NCBI GenBank assembly: GCA_965644265.1
Contig: OZ286472.1
Coordinates: 51,584,001 to 51,648,000 of the forward strand
DNA from: Glycera tridactyla
Lineage: Eukaryota
Length of the DNA: 64,000 nt
Direction of reading: 5' to 3'
The notes beneath the pieces are model-generated. The model did not search any database. It was not told the DNA's origin and was given only the letters and a program-made list of their open reading frames with translations. Below, in pieces: positions 23,607-36,370 of the stretch (the first letter of the stretch is position 1; the number at the start of each line of letters is the position of its first letter). The translations under genes and the position numbers were made by a program.

Positions 23607-24211
23607 CACATATCTTATCTGTTTGTATGTGCCCATAGATGCGCGTATCAGATTGATGAATGGGTAAATGATCAGGTGGGGCGGGTGAGGGGGGTGGGTG
23701 TACGAATGGATGGATCGACGGGTGGGAGAAGTGATGGAATGCAGCAGGTGCTCAAGCAACTATTACTGAGTTCATCATATTTGTATTTGTTTGTTTGATT
23801 CTTTATTTGATTTCGTCTCAGTCAGTAACATGCATCAAAACAGCCACAGCAAAACAGCCACAGAATACATGAGCCCCTATACAGGGTCTTTTCCATGTCG
23901 ACAAAACTCTAGTTTCACATATCTTATCTGTTTGTATGTGCCCATAGATGCGCGTATCAGATTGATGAATGGGTAAATGATCAGGTGGGGCGGGTGAGGG
24001 GGGTGGGTGTACGAATGGATGGATCGACGGGTGGGAGAAGTGATGGAATGCAGCAGGTGCTCAAGCAACTATTACTGAGTTCATCATATTTGTATTTGTT
24101 TGTTTGATCCTTTATTTGATTTCGTCTCAGTCAGTAACATGCATCAAAACAGCCACAGCAAAACAACCACAGAATACATGAGCCCCTATACAGGGTCTTT
24201 TCCATGTCGAC
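23591..24211 (+). repeat. 309-bp tandem duplication starting at the H1 3' terminus
   Basis: 23591-23899 and 23900-24208 are near-identical; I see two substitutions. Confidence 0.95.
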
Positions 24212-24224
24212 GAAAATATATAGT

Positions 24225-24500
24225 CATCTTCATCTCCATCTCCATCTCCATCTCCATCTTCATCTCCATCTCCATCTCCATCTTCATCTTCATCTTCATC
24301 TTCATCTTCATCAACATCAACATTATCGTCACCATCACCATCACCGTCACCGTCACCACAACCACCACCATCCACCACCGCCACCACCACCACTAACACC
24401 ACCACCACCGCCACCACCATCACTACCACCACTTTGCCGTCGTCGTCATCTTCGTCATTGTCGTCGGCATCGTTGTAGTTGTTGTCGTGGTCATCGGATC
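24225..24500. repeat. (ATCTCC/ATCTTC)n and (CAC/GTC)n low-complexity repeats
   Basis: Direct reading. Confidence 0.9.
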
Positions 24501-25676
24501 AGTTCCTCGCACATCATCAATCTTTCCAAGAATAGTATCGACAGAACTTCCCTGGAACACATGCACCTGCGTCAGTATGATATGACATTCACCGAGTTTG
24601 CTGTACTCACGCCATAACAACGCCAAGATGACGTCACGTGTCTGCAGAATCTAGCCAACATGGCTCCTATTAGGGGGATGTCAGTGAAATGACAGGCTGT
24701 CAAATTGCTGGCGTCCAAATGGCCGCTTGCCTGACACCAGTCCCTTGTTAGTCGCCTACCCGATGACAACTCATTTACATTTCAGCATATTTAGCCACCC
24801 AGCACATCAGCTCATTTCTCTAAACTCCAAGGAGGCCAGTTGTCTCTTCCTGAAGAGTAAGTTCAGTGCTGCCACCCTGCATCTTCATCATATTATATTA
24901 TCACAGCACGGAGCCTCCAGAATTTCTTAGACAGACTCGAAAACATTTCAAATTACTCGGAGTGTAACAGTAAAGAGTGCAATCACTCCTATTGTCTTAT
25001 CTATAATGGACCAGTTGATGCTTTGCTATATTATGCGCTATCAACAGCTCACTTTTTCTGTTGTTCAAAGTGAGACGACTAAAACCGACTTTCCAAAACT
25101 TTCCAAGTTTATTATGTACATTACTATCAATTTGTTCTAATTTTCTTGTTTTCTCAGTTTGTCAGTTATTTTCTAGTTGAGTATGAGCTGTACGTCATTG
25201 TGTTATATACAATACGACCACATCCTTGGACCTTTGACCCACAATCGGGTGATGAGAAGATCTTGTACGGTTTGAGTGGTAGCTTGAGATATTTTGAAAT
25301 GGTCCCTGAGACGAGGATGACAGGCGTTTCTGGCAGATGGCGCTCGTTCAGCGGACATGTGTCGTGCCGACTGTCAAAGCACTATTGGTCGTGCGACTTT
25401 CTGCCCATTAGCCCGACATGTCGGACACATTCATTTTCTTGGCCCGAAATTGGTCTCTTGGCACTCGTTCCGGTATGTAGAATATTACTGAAAGTAATTC
25501 GCTGCTTATGCCCTTTATCCCTCACCGTCTGCTCCTTCAAATTTGAGTGGCCGTGTATTTCATCGGCGACTTCGAAGGATTCTCGACTATCTGATTCGTG
25601 TTGCTAGTTACAGTAGTCATTCTCTGGTGATAACTTGATCGTATCTCATACACGTAAGTCGGTAATGTTGGATAAC

Positions 25677-26920
25677 TATGGAACGCCATTAATGCCACAT
25701 TGATTTTTTCGACACGTACACCTTTTTGATATCGTGTAGTCATACTATACACGTGCTAATTCCATACACGTACCCATACACGTCCCCCATCGTCATTGAC
25801 GCCTACAAAATGTAACCAATCAGCATGCAATATTTTCAAATTTGACCAATCAGATAGTATTAGTTGAATCATCATCTTCATGGAAAGGTTCAGGCACGCA
25901 TAGGCGATGGCGTAGGTGCAGGCGCAGGTGTAGGCGTAGGCGTGACCTACGCCTACGCCTACACCACCCTACAAAATGGGTACATGTAGGCAATAAAATT
26001 GCACTCAATGGGGTCGTGTAGCCATGATATACGCGTACACCTACACGTACCCATGGCCTCGCGTAGTCATGGTATACGCGTACACTTACACGTACCTATG
26101 GCCTCGCGTAGTCATGGTATACGCGTACACCTACACAAGAGGCAGGGCACAGAGTGGACAGGAACATCATGTGGCTCGACCTGCCTTGCCTGCCTGACCT
26201 GCCTGACCTTCCTTGCCTGCCTGCCTACCTACCTGCCTACCTGCCTACCTGACTATCCACCTGCCGACCACTGGGCGGATCTACTCGCACGACCAATGGT
26301 CGGGTGGCACCTTCATAATGTTCAGCCTGTTACTATTACCCCCCCCCCCCCCCCGCTTGTCTGTCTCTCTGTCCCTCTGTCTGTCTCCGTGTCTCTGGGT
26401 GCCACCTATCAGTATGCAACCAGTACATATTTGGCAGGTAGCCCAGTGGTTTAGCTGGCTAAGTTGCTGCATCACTACCCTGAAAGAACTGGTACGAATC
26501 CCCTGACTGATTTTTCTCTCAGAAACTGTTTTGGATTGCAATTTTTGACAAGATATCTCATTTTCAATAGAGAGTCCCCCTAAGTCAAATCTAAGTCAGA
26601 GTGAAATGAATTGAAAAAAACAAGTATCATTGGTCAATGCAAGAATTGAATCAAACAACTTGGCATATTAATCAAAACCATATGTACAGTGCTCATTGCC
26701 TACGTGTATACATACACGACCCCATGGGGTCGTGTAGCCATGATATACACGTACCCCTTCACATACCCATGGGGTCGTGTAGCCATGGTAGACGTGTACC
26801 CCTACACGTACCCATGGGGTCGTGTAGCCATGATAGACGTGTACCCCTACACGTACCCATGGGGTCGTGTACTTTAATTAGGCGTCAATAAATCTAATAT
26901 GGCATCAATGGCGTTTCATA
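25677..26920. mobile_element. Non-autonomous TIR element with internal 45-bp tandem repeats
   Basis: Ends TATGGAACGCCATTAATGCCACATT and AATATGGCATCAATGGCGTTTCATA are inverted. GATAAC direct repeat at 25671-76 and 26921-26. 45-bp units (CACGTACCCATGGGGTCGTGTAGCCATG...) at about 26005-26135 and 26721-26870. Confidence 0.7.
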
Positions 26921-26995
26921 GATAACGGACGCGATGACGTCGCTCTCCATCTCCCTGACTTGATCTGGTACTAGTCTGGGCCTTTCGAACAGTTC

Positions 26996-27198
26996 CAGGG
27001 CTCTACGCTAATGGTTGCACTGATGGCACAGGCAGGCAGATTTGCTGTTAGGGCAGGTGATTTTATCAATCTGTCCGGCCTATGGGCATGTACTCAATCT
27101 TTATTTGGGCTATGATTATATGCGCAGGAGGGCAGGTGAAAATGATCGGGAGGGCAGGTAAATATCCTACTGAAGAAAAAAGTTAATGTAGAGCCATG
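26996..27198. mobile_element. hAT-like MITE remnant (CAGGGCTCTAC ends), related to 53040-53226
   Basis: CAGGGCTCTACG ... TGTAGAGCCATG imperfect TIRs; no TSD recognisable. Confidence 0.45.
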
Positions 27199-29044
27199 CC
27201 GCCTTAATTTGAGCCCATGCTGCATCTTTTGTTGATAAATGCTCAGTAGAATTTGAGGCTCTGCGTAGACAGGAAATGTTGAAGATGTTGGTGTGTTTTC
27301 TGGCTGATATCGCAATTTCTCATCAACTAGTGATGGGGCCGATTGGTACGCTTCAACTGAAAGGTAGGTACACTCATTATCGCCTGGGATTCTGTCAAAT
27401 TCTCAAATTCTATTTGTATCAGTGGTGAGAGGAAGTAGACTACGAAAAGCTCTATCTGAGAATCTGAAACAGGATAAGTTCATCAAATCCGTGAGATGAA
27501 AGCTGAAATATCATTGAGCTAAGAAACATGCGAATTGTGATGTCGGTATAGTCTTTCTAGGGTCAGTATTTTTGGGCACCATCAAAGATACTGATGTGTC
27601 CCCAATCTGATATGATGCCAGATGAGCGTTACTGTTTCATCTTTCGTTTATGTATAGTGTCCCATGAATGGGTGCGTATATAGAGTATATATTTTGCCTG
27701 GTGGTCTCGCCTGTTCTGAGTCAGGGATGACATCTCGAGTATCCTTGACTTTCATGAATTTCAGCCTGCCAGTTGAGACTCTTGAATGATCCCATTTACT
27801 CTTGGTGATAGGGTTACCAGTCCGGGGGACTATACACATGACATCGGCTCTGAGGCAAGAAGAATCCAGGTTTGACGACATTGTATTGTTACCGATTCAG
27901 CAGCCAACGACACAAACAGGGCTTGGAATTGTCCATGTCCCATTAATAAATCAGGCTACTGGCCAGACTAGAGAAGATGATGATGAAAAAGGAACCCTAC
28001 TATATGAATGTAAGACGAGAAAAAGAGATACTTTGGTGAAAGTTTTTGTTTTATATATCCAACTAATGTGTTTCCCAACTTATGGTCCAATAAACAAGAT
28101 GTATTTCGTGTGGTCTCGCAAACTGCGAAAGCGGTATTTTACTTCTCGTAAATTATATTCTTCTATCTCGTTGACCTACAGACGTTGCAGATTGACTGAT
28201 GATGTATTGATTTCCTCTTCGATATGAACTGGTATGACATATGTGATATGACATGTAATGGTATCAAACATGATATGGTATCAACTCAAATGAAATGAAT
28301 GAAAGAAATGCGTGAAAACACCCCATGAAGAAAGAATAAAGAAAGAATAAGATAGTTTAAACACGATACGCGTTGAATCAATGGTTGAAATTCGATCAAA
28401 TCTATTCATTCTACGAGGTTTATACTTGAGAGAAGATTTGAGTTTTTTTCCTGGTGAGTCGAAAGGAACGTCTTCTGTGGATGACTTAGATGTTGAGAAG
28501 GAAGGTCAAGGGGTAGATATATGCAGGCATTCATAGTCAATGTGGCCGATCCTGCATTCATACTGCATATAAACGGGCGCATATGGAGCGCCGACACCTC
28601 CCGGGGGATATTCGTGGAGAGCCAGAAATTGGCTATATGGCATGCCGAGTGTGTCGTTTTTGACGCCTTGGTATCAGCGCCGCCAAGTAGGAAGGTGTAT
28701 GAAGATATGGAGGCTCGCATTACATGGATCATGTACAGCATAACATTAGCAAAATGAATTGAATATATGGCAGGCCGTAAACTTGTGAACAAGCATTCTA
28801 TAGGTTGATAATCTTCGTTTACCCTCGAGAGATACTTCCCATAAATGGATGTCTCCTTTGCCTGATTGATTGTATGTGAATTTCGTAATTGTAGGCCTTT
28901 CGTTCGGAAGAAATTATAACGTTACAACCCATGCACATTGCATTGGCCTCGCGGTAAACCACTGCTGAAGAGATGGATAACAGCAGACCTGCCAATAAAT
29001 AAACCAACCGGTCAATCACCCGTCTTTACATACGGTGGCGAGTT

Positions 29045-29480
29045 AGGTGCAGTCACTCCGGTTCTCAACTGAGCAGCACTGTTTACTACAGTGAGCATCT
29101 GTATGATCTGCGCAACTCGCTAAGCAGGCCTCCTTGGCAGGTGGTCCGATTTAGCCTACTGAAGTGCACAAAGTGGACCTAAAACAACACCATTTCCATT
29201 TCCATTTCCATTTCACTAAGCAGGCACTTCTGTGTGGAGGTGACTGAGTGGAACCTCTGTACTCCCCCACTTCAATTCACCCAGGTGTGAATGGGTACTT
29301 GGCATATAGGCAGTGATGGTAAATTTAGAGTGCCTAGCCCATGCAGTTAATACTGTATCCGTGGTTGTATACTCCCCAGGGAGATGAGAAAGGTTCAAGC
29401 TTGAACGGGCCTACCAGGGAATGTATTTGTAAAGTCGAGTGAGCTCGATGAGGAACCAGACTCTAAACCACTACATTTAC
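29045..29480 (+). mobile_element. SINE family B (CORE-like), interrupted by a truncated family A SINE
   Basis: Contains TTCACCCAGGTGTGAATGGGTAC, TACTCCCCAGGGAG and a CATTTACATTT tail. Homologous to 7122-7470. Confidence 0.7.
29130..29215 (+). mobile_element. 5'-truncated family A SINE with 10-bp TSD
   Basis: CTCCTTGGCAGGTGGTCCGATTTAGCCTACT...GGACCTAAAAC plus a (CATTTC)n tail, flanked by CTAAGCAGGC at 29120-29 and 29216-25. Confidence 0.88.
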
Positions 29481-30342
29481 ATTTTTTACCTAAACTGTAT
29501 ATACAGCTTGGTACATACTGTTTCTGTCAATGATGATATCATGCTGATTGTATCTTATCCTTAACAGCCAACCTACCTACAAACACACCAACGAACACGC
29601 CATGGATCTCCTGTCCCTGCATACACAAATATGAGAGGATCTTTAATGCACACTATACATACAGCTTGGTACATACTTTTCTGTCAATGATGATACCATT
29701 CTAATTGTATGTTATCTTTGCTGAGGAAATATTCATCATCAGATCACTCACATATAAAATCATGGCATCGTGTGTGCGTGGATCTCGCTAATATTTCGAT
29801 AGAATTAACATCACTAGTTCGGGTTGAAAGTCACAACTTTTGAATTACAGGATTACCATTAGCAATGTCTTTGGAAGTAACATATAGCCAGACTATCGAG
29901 TTGACTATTTGAAGAATGTTCACCCTGTGTCGGAACCATTGCATAGGCGTCACTATATAACACAAATGGCGCTGACGTGGCTTCGAACCAGAAGCAAGCC
30001 CATCCCCTCATTTGACGTAGACATCACCTATGCCACTTCCAGGTACCAGTGAACGGTAATACTGAAACCGAAATTATGTGTTTGCAAATTCCGGATATTC
30101 AAGTCGGAGATGTTTAATGAAGACTAACTTGAGACACACCACTGAGCTGGTCACAATTATTGAACGTTTGCTATGCTCCCCTACATCCTCCCACAGCCTA
30201 TTTTGTTATGATAGAAATAAGACTACGGATTTAAATGAATCCGTGTCTTCATTCGCAATACCAACATGGAGCTGACTCCGCGACCCCATGCATCCCAGGA
30301 TACCCGAGAATAGGCGCTGAGGAATGAAAGGATTAATCTAGT

Positions 30343-30522
30343 ATGAATGAATGAATGAATGAATGAATGAATGAATGAATGAATGAATGGACAATTGTAT
30401 TGTTGAATGAATGAACGGACGAATGGTGGATTGATTGGATGAATGGTGGATTGATTGAATGAACGAATGAATGGATGAATGAATAAATGAAAGGATGCTT
30501 GAATGAATGAATAGATAGATGC
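30343..30522. repeat. (GAAT)n microsatellite
   Basis: Direct reading. Confidence 0.95.
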
Positions 30523-30665
30523 ATCATTACGTCATGGTCTTCACATGAAGATATACCTTCAAGGCTAGTTAGTCTTTTTCATATTGGACGATGTTTGAAG
30601 GGATTCGTGGCTGCTGCGAAATACTTTGGGGTTGGGCTAAGGTTTCGAGTATTTCGAAGTCGGTA

Positions 30666-31082
30666 CTACATCGATCGCACCAGTATTGAAATGCAAGTCC
30701 AGACTACATCGATCGCACCAGTATTGAAATGCAAGTCCAGACTACATCGATCGCACCAGTATTGAAATGCAAGTCCAGACTACATCGATCGCACCAGTAT
30801 TGAAATGCAAGTCCAGACTACATCGATCGCACCAGTATTGAAATGCAAGTCCAGACTACATCGATCGCACCAGTATTGAAATGCAAGTCCAGACTACATC
30901 GATCGCACCGGTATTGAAATGCAAGTCCAGACTATATCGATCGCACCAGTATTGAAATGCAAGTCATGACTACATCGATCGCACCAGTATTGAAATGCAA
31001 GTCCAGACTACATCGTTCGCACCAGTATTGAAATGCATGTCCAGACTACATTGATCGCACCAGTGTTGAGATGCAAGACCAG
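30666..31082 (+). repeat. 38-bp minisatellite, 11 copies
   Basis: Unit CTACATCGATCGCACCAGTATTGAAATGCAAGTCCAGA. Variants are concentrated in the last five units; no spacers. Confidence 0.97.
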
Positions 31083-32711
31083 AATGCATAGCCGGCCTGA
31101 AGGTAAGAACATTTGGTCGGACGTATTGGTCCGGTATTATTGGTCCTAGCACACTTCAATAATCGATATAGGTTCTTTTCTCCTGGGGAATATCTCCACC
31201 AGCCTTGAATATCAGCATTCCTAATCTCAGTCATGCCATCTGTTGGATTCAAATGAAACGAACGGTTTTTAGGGAACAGAGTCGTGATGTGTCTATAACT
31301 ACTCCAACAACTCCATATGTGTGAACATCATATTTGATCACGGCTGAACAACTTCAGGTGCACGAAATGATCGGAACAAGTGGTATAGCTCTCACTCCAT
31401 AAGCTAGTTAAGGTAGTGTCTCAAGAGTGCTTCGCAACCTCAGAGACTGAAACTCACACACACAGTATGTCAAAAGTTACGGAATGATGAGATATGCTGG
31501 CACCATATCATAATAACCTATCTCTTCGAGATGAGATGAGATGAGTGAAAGAATTTCGTATTGCAGCAAAAGTCAATTGTTCACACTGATTGCGCATCGC
31601 CCGCCATTCCATACTCATATCGCAGGAATAATTTCGAAAAATGGTATGTTCTATCTGATGATCATAAGAAATATACATTTCACATCCTGCCATCCATTCA
31701 ATATGGTGAAATAGACAGCAGACAAGAGCTGCTATATTGTTATCAGAAATCCTAGGCCGATCGACCACATTGGATAATATTACCATTGCCATCATCATCA
31801 GCAATACATTCTCCGGTCTCATAGACAGAAGATCACTTACTTGGATGACAAGTGCTTATACAAAATACCAGGTCACTAAAGTGCTACGACAGCACGTTGA
31901 ATTTGACCAGTCAAATGTATCAGCACGGGAAATGAGCCTGGCGAACAATGTCTCCTGAAAATGAATGCTCCATATAAATAAATAATGACCAAAGGAGCAT
32001 TTGACATAATGTTTCCCTCATCCTCATTCATGCCCAACTTGGTGTCTCATTACCAGACCATGATGCACAGATGATTATGAGTACACATCCTTCTCCCAAT
32101 TTCTGCGTTGGCGACACTACTATACATTACCTTCTCTAGATCACTGAATCGCGCAGTCAAGTTCACAAAAACTGCTCTAGATTTTCACTCATTAATTTGT
32201 CCACTAAATTTAGTTGAGTGAATGGATATTTCAGTTTAGAGTTTGAAGATGTCATGGATGACGTACTAACGCGGAGAGCATCCTGCAATAAAACAAGAAT
32301 ACTGTGCAATCTAGTACCCAGCCAGTCAACGAGGTGGCGCTTTAATGGAGCACTCACATGCAATTCAGTAGTTGATTCATGATCACAGGGCCTTGCCTCA
32401 CTAATATCAAACTGTGCTCAATTTTCAATTTTATCATCCTAGTTATTATGATGCTCTGCATGAAAACCTAGATAGTTTAGAAGTACAGCATTAAGATTTT
32501 GACCATATCCTGGATTTGGTGAACTTCTCCCCTGGTGGACATTAGGATGGGTATGGCAGATTGGTGGCCGGTCTGTAATTACCATCACAGTACCCAGTCA
32601 ATCTCACAGAACACATTCAATTTGCTGGCCCAATCTAGTGTTGACAGCATATTGTAACACGTGTATGACACAACTACGAGTAGTCATCTCATACATAACG
32701 CATGTGTCCAG

Positions 32712-32722
32712 ATGTGTGTGTG

Positions 32723-32765
<43 letters not shown>

Positions 32766-32802
32766 GTGTGTGCGTGCGTGTGTGTGAGTGTATGTGCGTA
32801 TG
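32712..32802. repeat. (GT)n microsatellite
   Basis: Direct reading. Confidence 0.95.
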
Positions 32803-33397
32803 CATGAAACTTTATGAAGCACGCATACACAGTATCATCTCTTGATAAGGTCAGCTGACCCTGTGTGGATTACCCTTGTGAGATCACAATCACTTGTTAC
32901 CGAATATTCATCCTGGATTTTGCGATCCATGTGGATGGCCATTGTGACGTCACACTCACTTGTGACATAATGTTTATCCTAGATTTGCCTGATGTTGACG
33001 AGTACTCAATTAGGTGAGACTTCGGCAGGTGGGAGGCGCTCCATCACAACCCCAGCACGTGACAATTACCAATTACCAATTTCTTTATTGAAGAGTCGAA
33101 GACAGATGCAAGATTTATGAACAATTGTTCACGTTGATAATGCATCTCGGTATCAGTGAGAACGTGTAACAAATATTAAGAATCACATGTTCTCTGCACA
33201 TTCTGGGACTGTTACCCTCGATTATGGTCTATTACCTGTACAGATACGTCACCGGCCCCTGACGGGCCTATCCGACTCGGTACTTCCTTTGATGTGATTG
33301 TCCAAGTATTGACTTTTGAATCAGCCGATATTCATGAGTTCCCGGTTCACCACGAATTCTAATCATTTGCTTTACCCCCCCCCCCCCAACACACACA

Positions 33398-33570
33398 CGC
33401 AGTCAAACCTATCTACCGTACCGACCTCTGCTCAGAGAAATTCTTTCGTAGGCGGATGACCAATGTAGAGAAGACGTTGGTTCAACGAAAATCCAATCTT
33501 TCCCACCACTCAGGGTGGTCCATACAGAGAGGTGGTTTATCGAGCAGGACCGACTGTTTACTCCAAGCGA
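33398..33570. mobile_element. Tc1/pogo-like MITE (CAGT...ACTG ends); related pieces at 137-225, 19385-19545, 23200-23525, 45215-45375, 52155-52330
   Basis: CAGTCAAACCT start, internal ACCAC.TCT/AGAGGTGGT repeats and a GACTGT end. Confidence 0.5.
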
Positions 33571-36299
33571 CTATATAATCAGTCATCAGTTGATTTCGTT
33601 TGATCAGTAATCACTATGAGGAACACACCGATTCGCAACCCCCTTATCCAGTCACCCCCTTTTTCAATGCTTCATCCGCGACGCGTGAAAATACACAATA
33701 AAACAGAAATGGCAATTGCAGCCGTCTCTTGTTTCTCTCGGGAGTGTCTCTGGTGATGAGAGATCTGCATGCGATCAAATCGTTGGTCCCCAATCGATCA
33801 CGGACTGCACCATGGTGAAAAAGGGGAGGACGGTCGAGCCATCAATAATTGAAGTGAAAAAAGGGAGAGAAGAGGGTTTTCTTTGCCACATTATCCGTCT
33901 TAATCTTTGAATGATGATCGGTTCTCGTTCTCGGAGAGATATATCGAGGACTTCAATGAACTTCAGTCTTGGTGACTGTCCCCTTGATCTCATTCTTTCT
34001 TCTAATGCAGCTCAATTACGTGCTTGTGTGACTGATAGAAGACAAGCGGTGGCCNNNNNNNNNNNNNNNNNNNNNNNNNNNNNNNNNNNNNNNNNNNNNN
34101 NNNNNNNNNNNNNNNNNNNNNNNNNNNNNNNNNNNNNNNNNNNNNNNNNNNNNNNNNNNNNNNNNNNNNNNNNNNNNNNNNNNNNNNNNNNNNNNNNNNN
34201 NNNNNNNNNNNNNNNNNNNNNNNNNNNNNNNNNNNNNNNNNNNNNNNNNNNNNNNNNNNNNNNNNNNNNNNNNNNNNNNNNNNNNNNNNNNNNNNNNNNN
34301 NNNNNNNNNNNNNNNNNNNNNNNNNNNNNNNNNNNAGGGGTCCTATGGGAAGAGAGAAACGGGAGGAAAGATCTATGAATAGATAAAGAGGTGTGAGGGG
34401 GAGAAAAAGAGAATTCCTCTTGACATAGAGTACCTTTCCATTCGTCATTCGAGAATGTCATTCATTGTGGATCGTTGGGTACCTCGAACGCGAGGATAAT
34501 TGATATCAGCCCGTGCTACGTAAATGGGATATCAGATACCTGCCTCCTGAATGGATATGAGATGCATATTTCAAGCTATTCGAAGCGCCAACAATGAGCC
34601 AACAATGAGCCGTACTCAGCAATGAAAGATTATACTGCAATTTTGTTTCAGTGCTGTGGGAGGGGTATTGCATCATGATCCAGAGATGAAATAACAAGTG
34701 TATCCATTAAGTTCGAGATTGAAATTTGAGATATATTCTGACTCTTCATGTGGAAGTCAGGTGACCATATCTTCCCCAGAGGTAGTGCTATCAAAGTATA
34801 CGAAACAAACATATGTATAATCAATCTATTCTATTTGTGATTTTTTTCATTGGTTTCCTTGGACTATTGTGTCTTTTTTATCATAAAGAACATTTTCTAC
34901 ATGTGAGTTCCCCAATTCATGTTGCAGTAGGATACAAGACAAAATGAATAAGAGGTTTGATTCATTCGAATATAGAGTTTATGTAATATTTTTGGATGAA
35001 ACTGTATCTTGGCATTTTTTGCATTTTCTCAATATTTCGACAATTATATAAATAGCTGCAGCTGAAAAACGAGCCTGGTGAACCCAACTTTTTTTCAGGA
35101 AATATGATCTATACCTCACTAGAAATAATCATGTGAAATTTCAAGGATGTGGCAATCTTTAAAAAAATTGCCTCATTCATCCTCGAAATGAACGTAATCG
35201 GATCAACCGAGAACTGGTTTCTGGCTCTTTCTGTGATTGTCTTGTAAGATCACAGCGTGTTCACCGAATGTTGGATCGACTGGCATGTGTTCACGATGTT
35301 ACATCCCTATCTAATTGAACATCAGACCGTGTTAGAACACAGGAACTACAGTCTATATTCGGAATATGAAATATACAGAGGATGCCCCTCCCGTGATGTT
35401 GGAACTTCCTGCATTCAATCCCTATTCAATGATATGAAATATCGCCAAACTTGGGACATACACAGATACTTCCAACCTCTGCATGTGTAGGTGTGAAGCT
35501 GACTTGCAAGATTACAGAGATCTCACTAATTAAAGAGGATTAGAGGGTGTCAGGGATTACCTCATTAATGATGATTAATGTCAGTATGGAGCCCTGAGTT
35601 ACCATTTAGTTTTACACAAGGTGTCAATCCGTCCATCAGCTGTCAATTACTGAGTTATCGACCAGTTGCGACTGCATGAACGCGCGTGCGGTTGTCAACG
35701 TAGACAGATCACTGTAGTATTTGAGAGCCAAGTCTATCGATGGTTCTCTGATCAATCCCTTCAAATGTGGGCCGGAGAAAGAGGAGAGAGAAAAGAAAGG
35801 AAAGAAAGGGTGGGAGAGAGACAGACATTGACTGAGACAGGGACAAAATGGAAGCAGACAGGTGGAGGGAAACATGAACCTTTGGGCACGGAGAGACAGA
35901 CAGACAGACAGACAGATAGACATCGGTCACGTGCCGATCACTGAGTCATCTACTGGTTGCGTTTACACACGTGAAGTTGTCAATATATACATATTACAGT
36001 AGTATTGAGGGGCCTGGTTTGATTACAGTTCTGAATGATTCCTTCAGGTATGGGTCAGCAAAAGAGAGGAAAGAGCGAAGAAAAAAGGATATAAAGAGAA
36101 GGGCGACATAAGGACAGACAGACAATATATCTCGAGGGTAGTTTCTCAAGAAGGCTGAGCTTTAAACCATCGGTAGTCACTTCAGTCGGTATGATATCCA
36201 AGACTCAGAGATGAGGTTCAATCACGGATGCAGACGTTGGTGTGTATGCGAGCTTTTGGGAAATGCTGGATTAGGGAAGTAGGCCAGAGTACAGACAGA

Positions 36300-36370
36300 T
36301 GCAACTTTCTCAATGGTGTGCCACAAGGTGGTCTGCTTCCCACACTTCTCTTACTTGTGAATGTATGAGA
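36300..36370 (+). pseudogene. Possible non-LTR reverse transcriptase fragment
   Basis: NGVPQGGLLPTLLLLVNV* at 36312-36368 resembles the RT motif GVPQGxxLSPxLF. No flanking motifs were recovered. Confidence 0.35.

Noticed and set aside
25146-25607. 153-aa ORF
   Set aside because: TTG start, no recognisable domain and no convincing splice sites.
28406-28792. Region with three largely open frames, including a faint GPCR TM2-like FIVNVAD
   Set aside because: Hallmark spacing (C3.25-R3.50) is not met and no other motifs are present, so I cannot choose a coding frame.
30666-31082. CRISPR-like array (38-bp period)
   Set aside because: No spacers; it is a simple minisatellite.
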